The notes below the pieces were generated by a model, which was not told the origin of the DNA, searched no databases, and saw only the letters and a program-made list of their open reading frames with translations. Made by a program: the position numbers and the translations under genes. A stretch of DNA of 64,000 nt from Bacteroidetes bacterium B1(2017) (GTDB lineage: Bacteria; Bacteroidota; Bacteroidia; UKL13-3). Below are positions 40,130 through 51,316 of this stretch, one piece after another (positions within the stretch are counted from its first letter, which is position 1; each line of letters starts with the position of its first letter). The stretch spans positions 209,098 through 273,097 of the forward strand of contig NKJG01000002.1 of the NCBI GenBank assembly GCA_002256395.1, given 5' to 3'.

Positions 40130-41005
40130 ATGGAAACTCAATATAGCATTCAATCCTCCAAGTTAAAAGTTATTATTAATACACATGGTGCTGAAATGAT
40201 TTCAGTATTAGATAAACAAACTGGTTTCGAATTTATGTGGAATGGAAATCCTGAAATTTGGAATAGACATGCCCCTGTTTTGTTTCCAATTGTTGGCAAA
40301 CTAAACCAAAATAGGATCACAATTGAAGGAAAAATAGTTGAAATGAGCCAACATGGTTTTGCACGTGATTGCGAATTTGAAGCCATTGAGGTCTATGAAG
40401 ATTTATTAAAATCAATGTTGGTTTCTGACGATGTCTCATTAAGCAAATATCCATACCAGTTCAAGTTTTTCATTACCTATCAAGTTTTTGAAAATGTTTT
40501 AGAAACCACCTATACCATATTAAATGAAGATGTTAAAACCATGTATTTTTCAGTAGGAGCACATCCTGGTTTTATGCTTCCAGAGGCAAATTTAGAGAAC
40601 TATTATATTGAGTTTTCAGACAAGGAAAATTTGGAACGCCATTTATTAAAGGATGGACTTTTTACTGGTGAAAGTGAACTTCTTTCTTCCAACCAAAAGC
40701 AACTTAATTTGAATCATGAACTTTTTGAAAAAGATGCTATAGTATTCAAAAAGTTAGCAAGTAAAACCCTTTCACTTAAAAAAGTGAATAGCAACTATTG
40801 CATTCAACTTGATTTCGACCAATTTCCATTTATGGGTATATGGACAAAAGCTGGTCAAGAAAATTTCATCTGTTTAGAGCCGTGGTTAGGAATTGCTGAT
40901 GGGTGCAATTTCAATTCGGATATTTCACAAAAGGAGGGAATTGTGGCACTTGAACCTGGATCAGATGTTAGTTTTAGCTATAAATTAACCTTTTCTGCAG
41001 ATTGA
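40130..41005 (+). CDS. Aldose 1-epimerase family protein (YihR-like mutarotase)
   Basis: 291 aa with the pattern ..INTHGAEMISV..PVLFPIVGKL...HGFAR.. Confidence 0.65.
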   Translation: METQYSIQSSKLKVIINTHGAEMISVLDKQTGFEFMWNGNPEIWNRHAPVLFPIVGKLNQNRITIEGKIVEMSQHGFARDCEFEAIEVYEDLLKSMLVSDDVSLSKYPYQFKFFITYQVFENVLETTYTILNEDVKTMYFSVGAHPGFMLPEANLENYYIEFSDKENLERHLLKDGLFTGESELLSSNQKQLNLNHELFEKDAIVFKKLASKTLSLKKVNSNYCIQLDFDQFPFMGIWTKAGQENFICLEPWLGIADGCNFNSDISQKEGIVALEPGSDVSFSYKLTFSAD

Positions 41006-41331
41006 TTAAGAAATAATCCAAAGATTATTGCCCCAACTCCATAGGCAATAACATCAAAAAAATCGGAAGTAAACTTGTTTGATAAAACAGGAATTATTAA
41101 TTCAAATACAAAGGCAACAATGGCCCAAATTACAATAATAACAAAAGGAGAATAAGTGAACTCTTTTTGAATTAATTTTTGTTGAGCTAATAAGGTTATG
41201 CCTAAGAATATGGGCAAAAACAGAATATCATCTAAATAATTACTAATAAAAGCATTTGGTGCATATGTGTTTTGTATCCATTTGTCGAGGATAAATAGGC
41301 TAATAATGAAAATGAAACGCCCAATTTTCAT
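40978..41331 (-). CDS. Small polytopic membrane protein (VanZ-like?)
   Basis: 117 aa with 3-4 TM helices. Confidence 0.3.
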   Translation of the reverse strand: MKIGRFIFIISLFILDKWIQNTYAPNAFISNYLDDILFLPIFLGITLLAQQKLIQKEFTYSPFVIIVIWAIVAFVFELIIPVLSNKFTSDFFDVIAYGVGAIIFGLFLNQSAEKVNL

Positions 41332-41332
41332 A

Positions 41333-41635
41333 TTATCCTGGCATGAGCAGCAAAATAATTGTTATAACTATAAAAAAGAAAACAAGAAACATTTGACCAC
41401 TTTGAAGGGCTTTTTCAACTAAAAACCAAAATTTACTATTGTTGGCCTGCTTTAATCGAACCCATTTCATCATGGGTGTACCTTCGCGTTGTTCCTTTTC
41501 AAGCTCAGCTCGTTCCTCTCTATACTTTTTATCTAAAATCTCTCCACAATGGGTACAAAAGGCCTTTTCACCATCTGTCCACTGCTGGCAGTGTTCGCAC
41601 TTCTTAATTGAATTTTGTTGTTGGGAAGATTTCAT
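41333..41635 (-). CDS. Zinc-ribbon domain membrane protein
   Basis: 100 aa with a CxxC...CxxC ribbon (CEHCQQW..CTHCGE) and a C-terminal TM helix. Confidence 0.4.
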   Translation of the reverse strand: MKSSQQQNSIKKCEHCQQWTDGEKAFCTHCGEILDKKYREERAELEKEQREGTPMMKWVRLKQANNSKFWFLVEKALQSGQMFLVFFFIVITIILLLMPG

Positions 41636-42071
41636 TTAATTTGGTTTCTCTGTGGGCAAATATCTCCTTCACATTCCGATCTACAAAGAACCAATGAAGA
41701 AAAGGTGCCAAAATCCATCCTTTTGATTTATAAGTTATAATATCAGTCATAAGTGTTTGCCCATTTTCTTCCTCAAAAATATGTTGATGATGCCATTCAA
41801 CATAAGGGCCTGATAGCTGTTTATCAGCAAATTTAACATTTGGTTGCCATTCACAGATCTCTGTTTGCCATAAAAATGGAATTCCAAATAATTTTATTCT
41901 ATAATCAATTCGCTGCCCAACCTTCATCAAAATTGGAAGAGGAGTTAATATTTTAAAATGAATTGATTCTGGAGTTAATCTATTTAAGTTCTCCGCTTTA
42001 CTAAAGAAATCAAAAACCTCAGGTAATGGACGACTTATTTTAGTTTGATAGTTTAGGACTTTACTTTTCAT
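41604..42071 (-). CDS. SRPBCC (START/polyketide-cyclase-like) domain protein
   Basis: 155 aa with Bet v1-like features. Confidence 0.45.
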   Translation of the reverse strand: MKSKVLNYQTKISRPLPEVFDFFSKAENLNRLTPESIHFKILTPLPILMKVGQRIDYRIKLFGIPFLWQTEICEWQPNVKFADKQLSGPYVEWHHQHIFEEENGQTLMTDIITYKSKGWILAPFLHWFFVDRNVKEIFAHRETKLNEIFPTTKFN

Positions 42072-42247
42072 GTATCATAAAGGAAATAGGAGGGTGTTTT
42101 GTTTTAGGATATGCCAGAATAGCACATTCAGCGTTGCTTTACAATTGTTTTTAAGGAGTTTACAAGTGTATTAAAATAGTGCATAAAACATAGATATACA
42201 ATTAGTTAAGATTAGTAAATTAAAGTATTTATTCACTAGCTTGCTTA

Positions 42248-42322
42248 ACAAATGTATATTACCAGCTTTACATTTGTATTAGTTGCTTTACATTTGTATC
42301 TTTGACCCTTTACAAATGTATT
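42248..42322. promoter_or_regulatory. Putative operator: three phased direct copies of CTTTACAWWTGTAT (core TACAWWTGTA, internally dyad-symmetric) plus an upstream half-site
   Basis: TACATTTGTA at 42269-42278 and 42289-42298, TACAAATGTA at 42311-42320, and ACAAATGTA at 42248-42256. Spacing is 20-22 bp, two helical turns. They lie 30-100 bp upstream of the XRE-family regulator gene. Confidence 0.45.
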
Positions 42323-42347
42323 TAACTATTGTTAATCAATATATTAC

Positions 42348-42803
42348 ATGGATGAGCTAAATAAACGTGTGTTAAGTGTTATGATTCAAAAGAATTTGAG
42401 CAAATCCTCCTTTGCGCAGATTTTAGAAATATCACTTCCAGTCCTTACTCACATAGGTTCGGGCAGAAATAAGCCTGGTTTAGAATTAATTCAAAAGATT
42501 TTGGATAAATTCCCTGATATAAGTCCAGATTGGCTAATTTTAGGTACCGGAGCAATGTATAGAGAAGAAAAGAAGAATGCAGATTTGAGCATAGAATTAA
42601 AGAATTTGCAAGAAATTGCTCTTAAAATCCCTGATTTAGCTAAAAATGCAGCACAAATTGAAGAATACCATGCAATATTGTTAAGGGAGATTTTATACCT
42701 AAAGGAGTTGGCTCCCTACCTAAGCGCAGTTCAAAATAACTCACGTGCTCTTAGATCCGAAATTGAAAAGGAAATATTCTCAATAGAATCTAAACTTAAA
42801 TAG
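42348..42803 (+). CDS. XRE-family helix-turn-helix transcriptional regulator with C-terminal coiled-coil
   Basis: 151 aa. The HTH_XRE pattern is ..KNLSKSSFAQILEISLPVLTHIGSGRNKPGLELIQKI.. Confidence 0.65.
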   Translation: MDELNKRVLSVMIQKNLSKSSFAQILEISLPVLTHIGSGRNKPGLELIQKILDKFPDISPDWLILGTGAMYREEKKNADLSIELKNLQEIALKIPDLAKNAAQIEEYHAILLREILYLKELAPYLSAVQNNSRALRSEIEKEIFSIESKLK

Positions 42804-43020
42804 CATATTTGATGTTATTAAATATTGATTTATAAAATATTAGATTTCAAGAGTAAGCCAGAAATTTCAAAAGTGTAATGCTATTTTGTCATGGTTGAAG
42901 CCCGATTCATTATGGTGTTTTGTATTGTTATGGGCAATTGTTGTCAAAAAGGGATTTCTATAAAAAACTAAATTTGATAAATTGTACTAGAATAAACATT
43001 TTTGCTAGAGAGGAATTCCC

Positions 43021-43629
43021 ATGCTAGAAAAACAAAAAATAGAGTCGGGTGAAAAAGGAATACTTTTTGAAAGCCAAAAATTAGAACGCTTTACCCAAAT
43101 TAGTCCACTTACCGCCATCCTATTTTATGGTTTTATCTGGTGCCTTTTACTATTTTTAAACAATACATACACCTCAAATGGGTTTACCAAAAGTGCCGGT
43201 ATTTATCTGTTTGCTCTACTATTCTGGACTTTTTTTGAATATATGGCCCATCGGTATATTTTTCATTTTATAACCGATTCTCCAAGGGTTAAGACCTTTC
43301 ATAGGTTTATCCATGGAATACACCATGAATTTCCAAGGGATGTAAAAAGGTTAATAATGCCGCCTTTGCCTGGCTTATCAATAATTTTGCTGCTTTTTGG
43401 GACTTTTTACCTTTTTATGGATTTAAATACGTTTGTTTTTTTAGCTGGATTCATAAATGGATGGGCTATTTATGTTAGCATACATTATGTAATTCATGCC
43501 TATAAACCTATAAAAGGATTTAAAATTTTATGGAGGCACCATGCAAAACATCACTATCAGCAGGGTGATAAAGCATTTGGAGTGAGTTCTCCTTTTTGGG
43601 ATTGGTTTTTTAGAACCCTTCCTAATTAG
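43021..43629 (+). CDS. Fatty-acid hydroxylase / sterol-desaturase superfamily membrane protein
   Basis: 202 aa with three His boxes (HRYIFH, HGIHHEFP, HHAKHHYQ). Confidence 0.6.
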   Translation: MLEKQKIESGEKGILFESQKLERFTQISPLTAILFYGFIWCLLLFLNNTYTSNGFTKSAGIYLFALLFWTFFEYMAHRYIFHFITDSPRVKTFHRFIHGIHHEFPRDVKRLIMPPLPGLSIILLLFGTFYLFMDLNTFVFLAGFINGWAIYVSIHYVIHAYKPIKGFKILWRHHAKHHYQQGDKAFGVSSPFWDWFFRTLPN

Positions 43630-44405
43630 GGTAATTCTTGGATTAATTCTTGGTATTCTTTGCTATTCTTCTTGCCAGTTTTAGCACCAAGTTCTTTCCA
43701 TTTATTCAAAATTGTTTCTATTCTATTTTCGGGTTCAGGATGGGTGCTCAAGAACTCAACCATTTCAGGGTTTTTCTTATCTTTTTTTAAGCGTTGAAAA
43801 AAAACTGCAGCACCCCGAGCATCTAAATCGGTAGAATACAAGTATTCTACCGATTTTAAGTCGGCATCTCGTTCATCTTTTCTGCTAAAGGAAAGGCTTA
43901 ATAAATTAGCCCCTAAGTTTAATAAAGTAGAGTTATCTACCCCAAAAAAGTATTTAACTAACAAGGAAAGCCCCATGTTCTTAACTAATTGGTCGGTTGA
44001 ATGCCTCAAATCTGCATGTGCCATTTCATGCCCTAAAACACCAGCCAAGGCATCTTCCGAGTCGAGGTATTTTAATAGGCCAGTGTAGACATATATATAT
44101 CCACCAGGTAGGCAAAATGCGTTTAAGGTTGAATCATCCTCAATAACTTTAATTTCCCAAGAGAAATCGCTTTTGTGTTCTAGTTTACTAGATTTTAAAA
44201 TCTTGTTCCTAATTTCTTTTAATTTACCATAAACCTTTGGGTATTCCTCCTCGTCGAGAATGGTTACAAACCCAGCATCTGAATTAAGTTGATTTTTACT
44301 TTGTTCTCCTAAACTTTTATCAATGCTAACTGGCAGCCAAGAACTGTTGCAGGATGCAAATAGGAGAGTTGTAAAAAAAAGGCCTAATACTTTTTTGTTT
44401 ACCAT
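43626..44405 (-). CDS. M48-family zinc metallopeptidase lipoprotein
   Basis: 259 aa with a lipobox (LFASC) and the HEMAHADLRH (HExxH) motif. Confidence 0.7.
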   Translation of the reverse strand: MVNKKVLGLFFTTLLFASCNSSWLPVSIDKSLGEQSKNQLNSDAGFVTILDEEEYPKVYGKLKEIRNKILKSSKLEHKSDFSWEIKVIEDDSTLNAFCLPGGYIYVYTGLLKYLDSEDALAGVLGHEMAHADLRHSTDQLVKNMGLSLLVKYFFGVDNSTLLNLGANLLSLSFSRKDERDADLKSVEYLYSTDLDARGAAVFFQRLKKDKKNPEMVEFLSTHPEPENRIETILNKWKELGAKTGKKNSKEYQELIQELP

Positions 44406-46420
44406 ATATTGGCTCTTGATTCAGGTTTTCTATACATTTTATTTCCTTCTTTAACCCCAAAAGCTTGGTAGAATTGAGGCATATTGCTAAGAGGGCCAAA
44501 AACTCTAAATTCTCCTGGAGAGTGCGGATCAGTAAGAATTAACTGACGCATGGCTTCAGGACGCGCATTGTTTTTCCAAATTTGAGCGAAACCAATAAAA
44601 AACCTTTGTTCTGGAGTAAATCCATTTACTATTTTACCCGGATTCTTTTTTAAACGCATTTGATAAGCTTCATATGCAATTGTTAATCCGCCTAAATCGG
44701 CAATGTTTTCGCCTAAAGTTAACTCTCCATTTACATGTAAACTATCGCTAACAAAGTAGCCGTTGAACTGGTTTACAAGCACCTTTGTTTTTTCTTCAAA
44801 TGATTTTTTATCTTCTTCTGTCCACCAACTTTTCAGGTTTCCATCGGCACCGTATTTAGCACCTTGGTCATCAAATCCATGAGTAAGTTCATGGCCAATA
44901 ACGGCACCAATGCTACCATAATTAACTGCATCATCGGCAGCGCCATCAAAAAAGGGAGGTTGCATAATTGCTGCTGGGAAAACTATTTCATTTAGGGTTG
45001 GACTATAGTATGCATTTACGGTTTGTGGTAACATGCCCCAACGACCTTTATCAATTGGTTTTCCAAGGTTATTGATCATATCGTTAAAATCAAATTCATT
45101 AGCCCTATAGTTATTTTCAATATATGAATCCTCTTTGATATCTAATTTGGAATAATCATCCCATTTATCAGGATACCCAAACTTACGATTGAATGAGGCT
45201 AGTTTTATTAAGGCCTTTTCTCTAGTTTCATTGCTCATCCAAGATAAATTATTAATTCTAATCTTAAATGCAGCTACAATATCATCAACCATTGCATTAA
45301 CGCGTTGTTTAGAAGCAGGTGAAAATGTTTTCTCAACAAATAATTGTCCTAATAATTCACCTACAATATTATTTGAGGCTGCAATTCCTCTTTTCCATAA
45401 AGGTTTTTGTTCTTTGGTTCCAGACAAAACCGTAGCATAGAAATAGAAGTTTTGCTTTTCTAATTTACTATCCAAAAATCCCGCTGCATTGTTCATTAAA
45501 TTCCATCTCAAATAGGCTTTTATTGTTGATAGAGGAGTGGTTGCCAATAATTTATTCAGCTGAGCAAAAAAATCGGGTTGGGAAACAATTAAGCTGTCAA
45601 ATGGCTTAACTTGAAGAAGTTGGAAATAAGCAGCTAATCTTACTTCTGGATAATCTGTATCAACTTGTAAAAGTGATCTCTTGTTATACTGCTTTTCCTG
45701 ATTTCGTCTTTCTGTTCTGCTCATTGAAGCTTTTGCCAATTCTGTTTCAAATGAAATTACTTCATCCGAAATTTTCTCTTCAGAAAATCCAAATAATTGG
45801 GAGGTTGCTTGAATATGTTTATTATATTCTTCTCTAATATAAATTGATTTTGCGTCTTGCTTTAGGTAATAGTCGCGATCGGGCAAACCTAAGCCTCCTT
45901 GCGAGATGTAGGTAATATAGGAGGTGCTATTTTTTAAATCTTGACCAACATAAAAATTGAAAAAGCAACGAATTCCTTTTTTGTGGAATTTTGATATTAA
46001 CTCATTTAATTGTTCCTTATTTTGAATAGAGTTAATTGCAGCTAAATCGCCAAGGCATGGTCTAATTCCTTGACCGTCTCTCTTAATTGTATCCATAAAA
46101 AGACGGTAAAATGCACCAACTTTTGCTTTATTTGAACCTGGTTTAGCCGATTTATCTGCAGCTGCTTGTTCTAAAATTTGTCGTAAAATGGTATTGTTTC
46201 TTTCCGATACAATGCTAAAGCTATTCCATCTACTTTCACTTGCAGGTACTGGGTTATTTTTAATCCAAGTTCCACTTGCAAAACGATAAAAATCATCACC
46301 AGCAACAACTGATTTATCCATTGCGCTGAAATCAATACCTTTAGGTTCTTTTTTGTTTATAAATGCTAATCCTAAGATTAGAGCTGTGCATACGAAAATA
46401 CTTGGTACAATTCTTTTCAT
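44399..46420 (-). CDS. M13-family (neprilysin/PepO-like) zinc endopeptidase
   Basis: 673 aa with a signal/anchor. It has the VIGHELTHGFD (HExxH) and ENIADLGG motifs. Confidence 0.85.
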   Translation of the reverse strand: MKRIVPSIFVCTALILGLAFINKKEPKGIDFSAMDKSVVAGDDFYRFASGTWIKNNPVPASESRWNSFSIVSERNNTILRQILEQAAADKSAKPGSNKAKVGAFYRLFMDTIKRDGQGIRPCLGDLAAINSIQNKEQLNELISKFHKKGIRCFFNFYVGQDLKNSTSYITYISQGGLGLPDRDYYLKQDAKSIYIREEYNKHIQATSQLFGFSEEKISDEVISFETELAKASMSRTERRNQEKQYNKRSLLQVDTDYPEVRLAAYFQLLQVKPFDSLIVSQPDFFAQLNKLLATTPLSTIKAYLRWNLMNNAAGFLDSKLEKQNFYFYATVLSGTKEQKPLWKRGIAASNNIVGELLGQLFVEKTFSPASKQRVNAMVDDIVAAFKIRINNLSWMSNETREKALIKLASFNRKFGYPDKWDDYSKLDIKEDSYIENNYRANEFDFNDMINNLGKPIDKGRWGMLPQTVNAYYSPTLNEIVFPAAIMQPPFFDGAADDAVNYGSIGAVIGHELTHGFDDQGAKYGADGNLKSWWTEEDKKSFEEKTKVLVNQFNGYFVSDSLHVNGELTLGENIADLGGLTIAYEAYQMRLKKNPGKIVNGFTPEQRFFIGFAQIWKNNARPEAMRQLILTDPHSPGEFRVFGPLSNMPQFYQAFGVKEGNKMYRKPESRANIW

Positions 46421-46566
46421 TTTGGTGATATTTCTATGTTATACTTACCTGCGAACATATAAAAAAAGCGACATTGCCTGTTAATCTTTTTTATTTAGAT
46501 GAAATTTCCCTTGAAAATATTTAAAATAAAGGAATTTCAAGCTCAATTTCTTAATATTGACCAACG

Positions 46567-47220
46567 ATGATTCGAGCAGAAAATTTAAGGAAGTCATATG
46601 GCGATTTGGCTATATTGAAGGGTGTAGACCTGCATGTTCAGGCTGGAGAGGTTGTTTCAATTGTTGGGGCATCTGGGGCTGGTAAAACAACCTTGCTTCA
46701 AATTTTAGGAACCTTAGATAAGTCAGACAGTGGGATTTTAGAGATTGGCGGGCAAGATGTTTCAACGTTAACGGGAAATAAATTAGCGAAGTTTAGGAAT
46801 AAACATATTGGATTTATTTTCCAATTTCATCAATTATTACCTGAATTTACCGCTTTGGAAAATGTGTGCATTCCTGGATGGATTGGCAAGCATCAAGAAA
46901 AGGAAATTAAGGAAAGAGCTGTTCATTTGCTCACCTATTTAGGTTTAGAATCTAGAATTAATCATAAACCAAATGCTTTAAGTGGTGGTGAACAGCAAAG
47001 AGTAGCTGTGGCACGTGCCCTTATAAATCAGCCTTCTATTATTTTGGCCGATGAGCCAAGTGGTAACCTTGATTCAAAATCTGCCGAAGAATTACATCTC
47101 TTGTTTTTTAAATTAAGGGAGGAAATGAAACAAACCTTTGTTATTGTTACTCATAATTTAAAATTGGCAGAACAAAGTGATCGAATGTTAACAATTAAAG
47201 ATGGAATAATATTGAAGTGA
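46567..47220 (+). CDS. ABC transporter ATP-binding protein (LolD/MacB-like)
   Basis: 217 aa with Walker [10 protein letters not shown], the ABC signature LSGGEQQRV and Walker B ILADEP. Confidence 0.8.
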   Translation: MIRAENLRKSYGDLAILKGVDLHVQAGEVVSIVGASGAGKTTLLQILGTLDKSDSGILEIGGQDVSTLTGNKLAKFRNKHIGFIFQFHQLLPEFTALENVCIPGWIGKHQEKEIKERAVHLLTYLGLESRINHKPNALSGGEQQRVAVARALINQPSIILADEPSGNLDSKSAEELHLLFFKLREEMKQTFVIVTHNLKLAEQSDRMLTIKDGIILK

Positions 47221-49130
47221 GCATTCACCAAATACTTCATAAATATTGGGGATATGATTCCTTCAGACCACTGCAGGAAGAGATTATTCAATCGGTCTTG
47301 GATGGGAAGGATACTTTAGCCCTCTTGCCAACAGGAGGAGGGAAATCAATTTGCTTTCAAGTACCTGCAATGGCCTTAGATGGTTTATGTTTGGTTGTTT
47401 CGCCTCTAATTGCTTTAATGAAAGATCAGGTTGAAAACCTAGAAAAAATTGGAATTAAGGCGTACGCAATATTTTCGGGATTAACGCATCAGGAAATTCA
47501 AATAATTTTGGGAAACTGTGTCCATGGTGGGGCTAAATTTTTATATGTATCGCCGGAACGTCTAAGCACGAGTTTGTTAAGAGACCATTTAAGCCAAATG
47601 AATATTTCGCTTTTGGCAATTGATGAAGCTCATTGTATTAGTCAATGGGGATTTGATTTTAGACCAGAGTACAGAAAATTAAAAGAAATTAGGGAATATT
47701 TACCTGGTGTGCCCATCATGGCTTTAACCGCAACTGCCACCGCAAGAGTGGTTGATGATATTCAAGACCAATTGGGTTTCAAACATAAAAATGCATTTAG
47801 AAAAAGTTTCGAAAGACTGAACCTACATTATGTTGTTAGGAAAAATGAGAATAAATTAGAAAAGCTTTTAAATAGTGTAGCCATTACCAAAGGTAGTGGG
47901 CTTATTTATGTTAGGAACAGAAAAAAAACAGAGGAAATAGCTGCATACTTAATAGAACACGGCATTAATGCAAGTTTTTACCATGCTGGGCTTACTGCAG
48001 AATTACGACAATCAAGACAAGATAATTGGATTAAAAACAAAACTAGAATAATGGTTTGTACCAATGCCTTTGGTATGGGTATAGATAAACCAGATTGTAG
48101 GTTGGTTATTCATTATGAAATACCTGATTGTTTGGAGGCCTACTATCAAGAAGCTGGAAGAGCAGGTAGAAATGGAAATCCTGCCTATTGTTTGTTAGTG
48201 TATCATTCATCTGACGCAGAAATAATGAGAGCCAGATTGGCTCAAAATCATCCACCAGAAAGTGTTTTAAAAATGGTGTATGAAGGAATTGGAAGTTATT
48301 TTCATATACCAATAGGAGAATTAAATGTAGAAGGATTTGATTTTGATTTAGTGTCTTTTTCTACTTACCTAAAAACCAATCCTACCCTTGTTTTAAATGC
48401 TATAAAACTATTGTCGCAATTAGATGTAATTCATGTTAGTGAAGACTTGAGCCAACCCGCAAGAGTGAAAATGTTAATGCCTGGAAACAGGCTATATGCC
48501 TTTCAAGTAGAGTATCAAATGTATGATGATTTACTAAAGATTTTGCTTCGAACCTATGGAGGAATTTTTGATTATTACATTCCGATAAGTGAAAAGGTTT
48601 TAGGTATTAAATTGAATTGTTTGGAACGTGAAATTAGTGAGAAGTTAACTAAATTACATTTGTTGGGAGTACTAGATTATGTGGAGAAGAAGAACCGGCC
48701 AAAATTATATTTAAAAGACCCTCGAATTAAATCCGAATATTTAAATTTAAACCCAAGTTTATTGAGGGAAAGAAAAAAGATTGAAGAAGAAAAATTAGAA
48801 TCTATGATTGCTTTTGCAACAAATGAGCTGGTATGCAGAAGCAGAGTTCTTTTATCTTATTTTGATGAACATTCTGCGATAGACTGCGGTGCCTGTGACG
48901 TTTGTAAGGAAAAATTGGCTCAGCCTTGGGAAGAAGGTAAAATTGAAACTTTAATCGCTCAATTGAAAAGGGTAAAATGGGAGCTAAGACCTTCCACAAA
49001 AGAATTAGCGAAGGAAATAGTAGGGTTTAATGAACAGGATCTTTCATTTGGATTAAGGATTTTATTGGATAAAGGTATATTGCAATTGGATTCTCAACAA
49101 TACATAACTTGGAAAAAAGGCGAAGAATAA
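47217..49130 (+). CDS. recQ: ATP-dependent DNA helicase RecQ
   Basis: 637 aa. It has the helicase motifs (PTGGGKS, DEAH), the RecQ zinc-binding Cys cluster (CRSRVLL...CGACDVC) and a C-terminal HRDC-like region. Confidence 0.9.
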   Translation: MSIHQILHKYWGYDSFRPLQEEIIQSVLDGKDTLALLPTGGGKSICFQVPAMALDGLCLVVSPLIALMKDQVENLEKIGIKAYAIFSGLTHQEIQIILGNCVHGGAKFLYVSPERLSTSLLRDHLSQMNISLLAIDEAHCISQWGFDFRPEYRKLKEIREYLPGVPIMALTATATARVVDDIQDQLGFKHKNAFRKSFERLNLHYVVRKNENKLEKLLNSVAITKGSGLIYVRNRKKTEEIAAYLIEHGINASFYHAGLTAELRQSRQDNWIKNKTRIMVCTNAFGMGIDKPDCRLVIHYEIPDCLEAYYQEAGRAGRNGNPAYCLLVYHSSDAEIMRARLAQNHPPESVLKMVYEGIGSYFHIPIGELNVEGFDFDLVSFSTYLKTNPTLVLNAIKLLSQLDVIHVSEDLSQPARVKMLMPGNRLYAFQVEYQMYDDLLKILLRTYGGIFDYYIPISEKVLGIKLNCLEREISEKLTKLHLLGVLDYVEKKNRPKLYLKDPRIKSEYLNLNPSLLRERKKIEEEKLESMIAFATNELVCRSRVLLSYFDEHSAIDCGACDVCKEKLAQPWEEGKIETLIAQLKRVKWELRPSTKELAKEIVGFNEQDLSFGLRILLDKGILQLDSQQYITWKKGEE

Positions 49131-50200
49131 TTTTTACCGTAACGAATGATTTAAGTTACGACCAACGAATGCGCAGGCATGCATCCATATTGGTGGATGC
49201 AGGGTTTGAGGTTTGGTTGGTTGGCAGAAATAAAACTGGCTCAATTCCATTAAATGAAAGTAAATTTAAACAAGTTAGGTTTCATTGTTTTTTTGAAAGG
49301 GGGAAGCTGTTTTATTTAGAATTCAATATTCGATTATTATTGTTTTTATTATTTAATAAGGCATATGTAAATGGGGCTGTAGATTTGGACACCATATTAG
49401 CAAATACTCTTGCAGCCATAATTCGTAGGCAAAAATTAGTTTTTGATTCACACGAATATTTTACGGAGGTTCCAGAATTAAGCGGTAGAAATATGAGTAA
49501 GGCAATCTGGAATGGTATTGGTAAATTGTGCATTCCGTTTTCAGTAAAAGCTTATACTGTAGCTCCACAATTGGCAAAAGTTTTAGAGAAAGAATATTCC
49601 AAACCCTTCGACTGTGTAATGAATGTTCCTTTGTTGGTTCAAACCGAAACCATTAGCGAGAAAAGCGAAAAAATAATCTTATACCAAGGAGCATTAAACA
49701 AGGGACGTTGCTTAGAGCAAATAATACGAGCAATGAAAAACCTAGATGCAATTTTATGGATAGCGGGAGAGGGCGATTTAAGTTTACCCTTAAGAGCCTT
49801 AGTAAAACAAGAAGGCCTTGAGGCAAAAGCAGTTTTCTTAGGCTTTGTTGAACCAACAGATTTGCCCGAAATAACCAGTAAGGCATATATTGGATATAAT
49901 GTTTTGGAGCCAGATGGGCTTAGCTATCAGTATTCCTTAGCGAACAAGTTTTTTGATTATATGCATGCTCAGGTTCCTCAATTGGGCCCAACTTTTATTG
50001 AATACGAGCAGATAAATAACAAGTATGAGGTGGCATTATTATGTAAGCATTCGGAGGAGGCGATTTTTGAGACCGTAAATAAACTTCTTAGTGATAACGG
50101 TTTATATAAACGTTTGCAAAATAATTGTTTGAAAGCTTCTCAAGTTTATAATTTGCAGTTGGAATCAAATAAATTGATTTCGATATATTATTCCTTGTAA
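49109..50200 (+). CDS. Glycosyltransferase (GT4-like, GT-B fold)
   Basis: 363 aa. It overlaps the recQ stop by 22 nt. It has an N-terminal GT4-like domain and a C-terminal GT1 motif region. Confidence 0.55.
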   Translation: MEKRRRIIFTVTNDLSYDQRMRRHASILVDAGFEVWLVGRNKTGSIPLNESKFKQVRFHCFFERGKLFYLEFNIRLLLFLLFNKAYVNGAVDLDTILANTLAAIIRRQKLVFDSHEYFTEVPELSGRNMSKAIWNGIGKLCIPFSVKAYTVAPQLAKVLEKEYSKPFDCVMNVPLLVQTETISEKSEKIILYQGALNKGRCLEQIIRAMKNLDAILWIAGEGDLSLPLRALVKQEGLEAKAVFLGFVEPTDLPEITSKAYIGYNVLEPDGLSYQYSLANKFFDYMHAQVPQLGPTFIEYEQINNKYEVALLCKHSEEAIFETVNKLLSDNGLYKRLQNNCLKASQVYNLQLESNKLISIYYSL

Positions 50201-51316
50201 TTGAAAAAAAGCCTACATATTGTTTCTTTCGACATACCTTTTCCGGCAAATTATGGCGGTGTAATAGATGTGTTTTACAAAATAAAGGCCTTAAGTGAGC
50301 TAGGAATAGATATTACTCTTCATTGTTTTGAATATGGCGATAGACAACGAAGGCAAGAGTTAGAATTCTATTGCAAAGAAGTTTATTATTATCCGAGAAG
50401 AAAGCTCGTATTTGAATTTTGGCTGCCTTATATTGTTAGTAGTAGAAAAAACTCCCAGCTCTTAAGTAATTTATTATTGGATGAAAACCCAATATTATTT
50501 GAAGCACTTCATAGTTGTTATTATTTAGACCATCCAAGCCTAAGCAAGCGCAATAAAATGGTTAGGATGCATAATATTGAACACGATTATTACGCACAAT
50601 TAGCACAATCTGAAACCAATATAGCAAGGCGATTTTATTATTGGTATGAGTCAAAGGTTTTAAAATCCTTTGAAAATATTGTTTTGAAGGCGCAAACAAT
50701 TTGGGGGATTTCTTCCAAGGATTGTAAAGATTTAACGGTCCAATTTGGAGAGAAAGTGTTTCTGCTGCCTGCTTTCCATGGGAATGATAATGTAAGAAGT
50801 AAAATTGGTTCAGGGCCTTATTGTTTTTATCATGGGAAGTTAAGTGTTGCAGAAAATCATCTTGCCGCCATGTATTTAGTAAAAGAGGTTTTTTCTAAAA
50901 CGAATCACGTATTAAAAATAGCGGGGGATGGTGTGAAACCTGAGCTTAGAGAGGCAATATCTTTGCAACCCAATATTGAATTAGTTGAAAATATAGGGCC
51001 TGAAGAAATTACAGGATTAATTGAAAACGCCCATATAAATGTATTAGTTACTTTTCAACCTACAGGTATTAAACTAAAGCTTGTAAACGTATTATACAAT
51101 GGAAGATTTTTGCTTGTTAACTCAAGTATGGTTTCCGGAAGCGGCCTCGAAAAAGCGTGTATTATTGAGGACGAACCAGAGAAAATGGCTCTTCAAATAG
51201 ACGCATTAATGGAAAAAGAATTTACCGAACAAGACATTGAATGGAGGAAACAGCTATTGGGTAAGCAGTTTGATGTACTTTTAAATGCATCAAAAATTAT
51301 TCAACACCTGAATTAG
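50201..51316 (+). CDS. Glycosyltransferase family 1/4
   Basis: 371 aa. It follows the previous GT gene with no gap. GT-B-type pattern. Confidence 0.55.
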   Translation: MKKSLHIVSFDIPFPANYGGVIDVFYKIKALSELGIDITLHCFEYGDRQRRQELEFYCKEVYYYPRRKLVFEFWLPYIVSSRKNSQLLSNLLLDENPILFEALHSCYYLDHPSLSKRNKMVRMHNIEHDYYAQLAQSETNIARRFYYWYESKVLKSFENIVLKAQTIWGISSKDCKDLTVQFGEKVFLLPAFHGNDNVRSKIGSGPYCFYHGKLSVAENHLAAMYLVKEVFSKTNHVLKIAGDGVKPELREAISLQPNIELVENIGPEEITGLIENAHINVLVTFQPTGIKLKLVNVLYNGRFLLVNSSMVSGSGLEKACIIEDEPEKMALQIDALMEKEFTEQDIEWRKQLLGKQFDVLLNASKIIQHLN

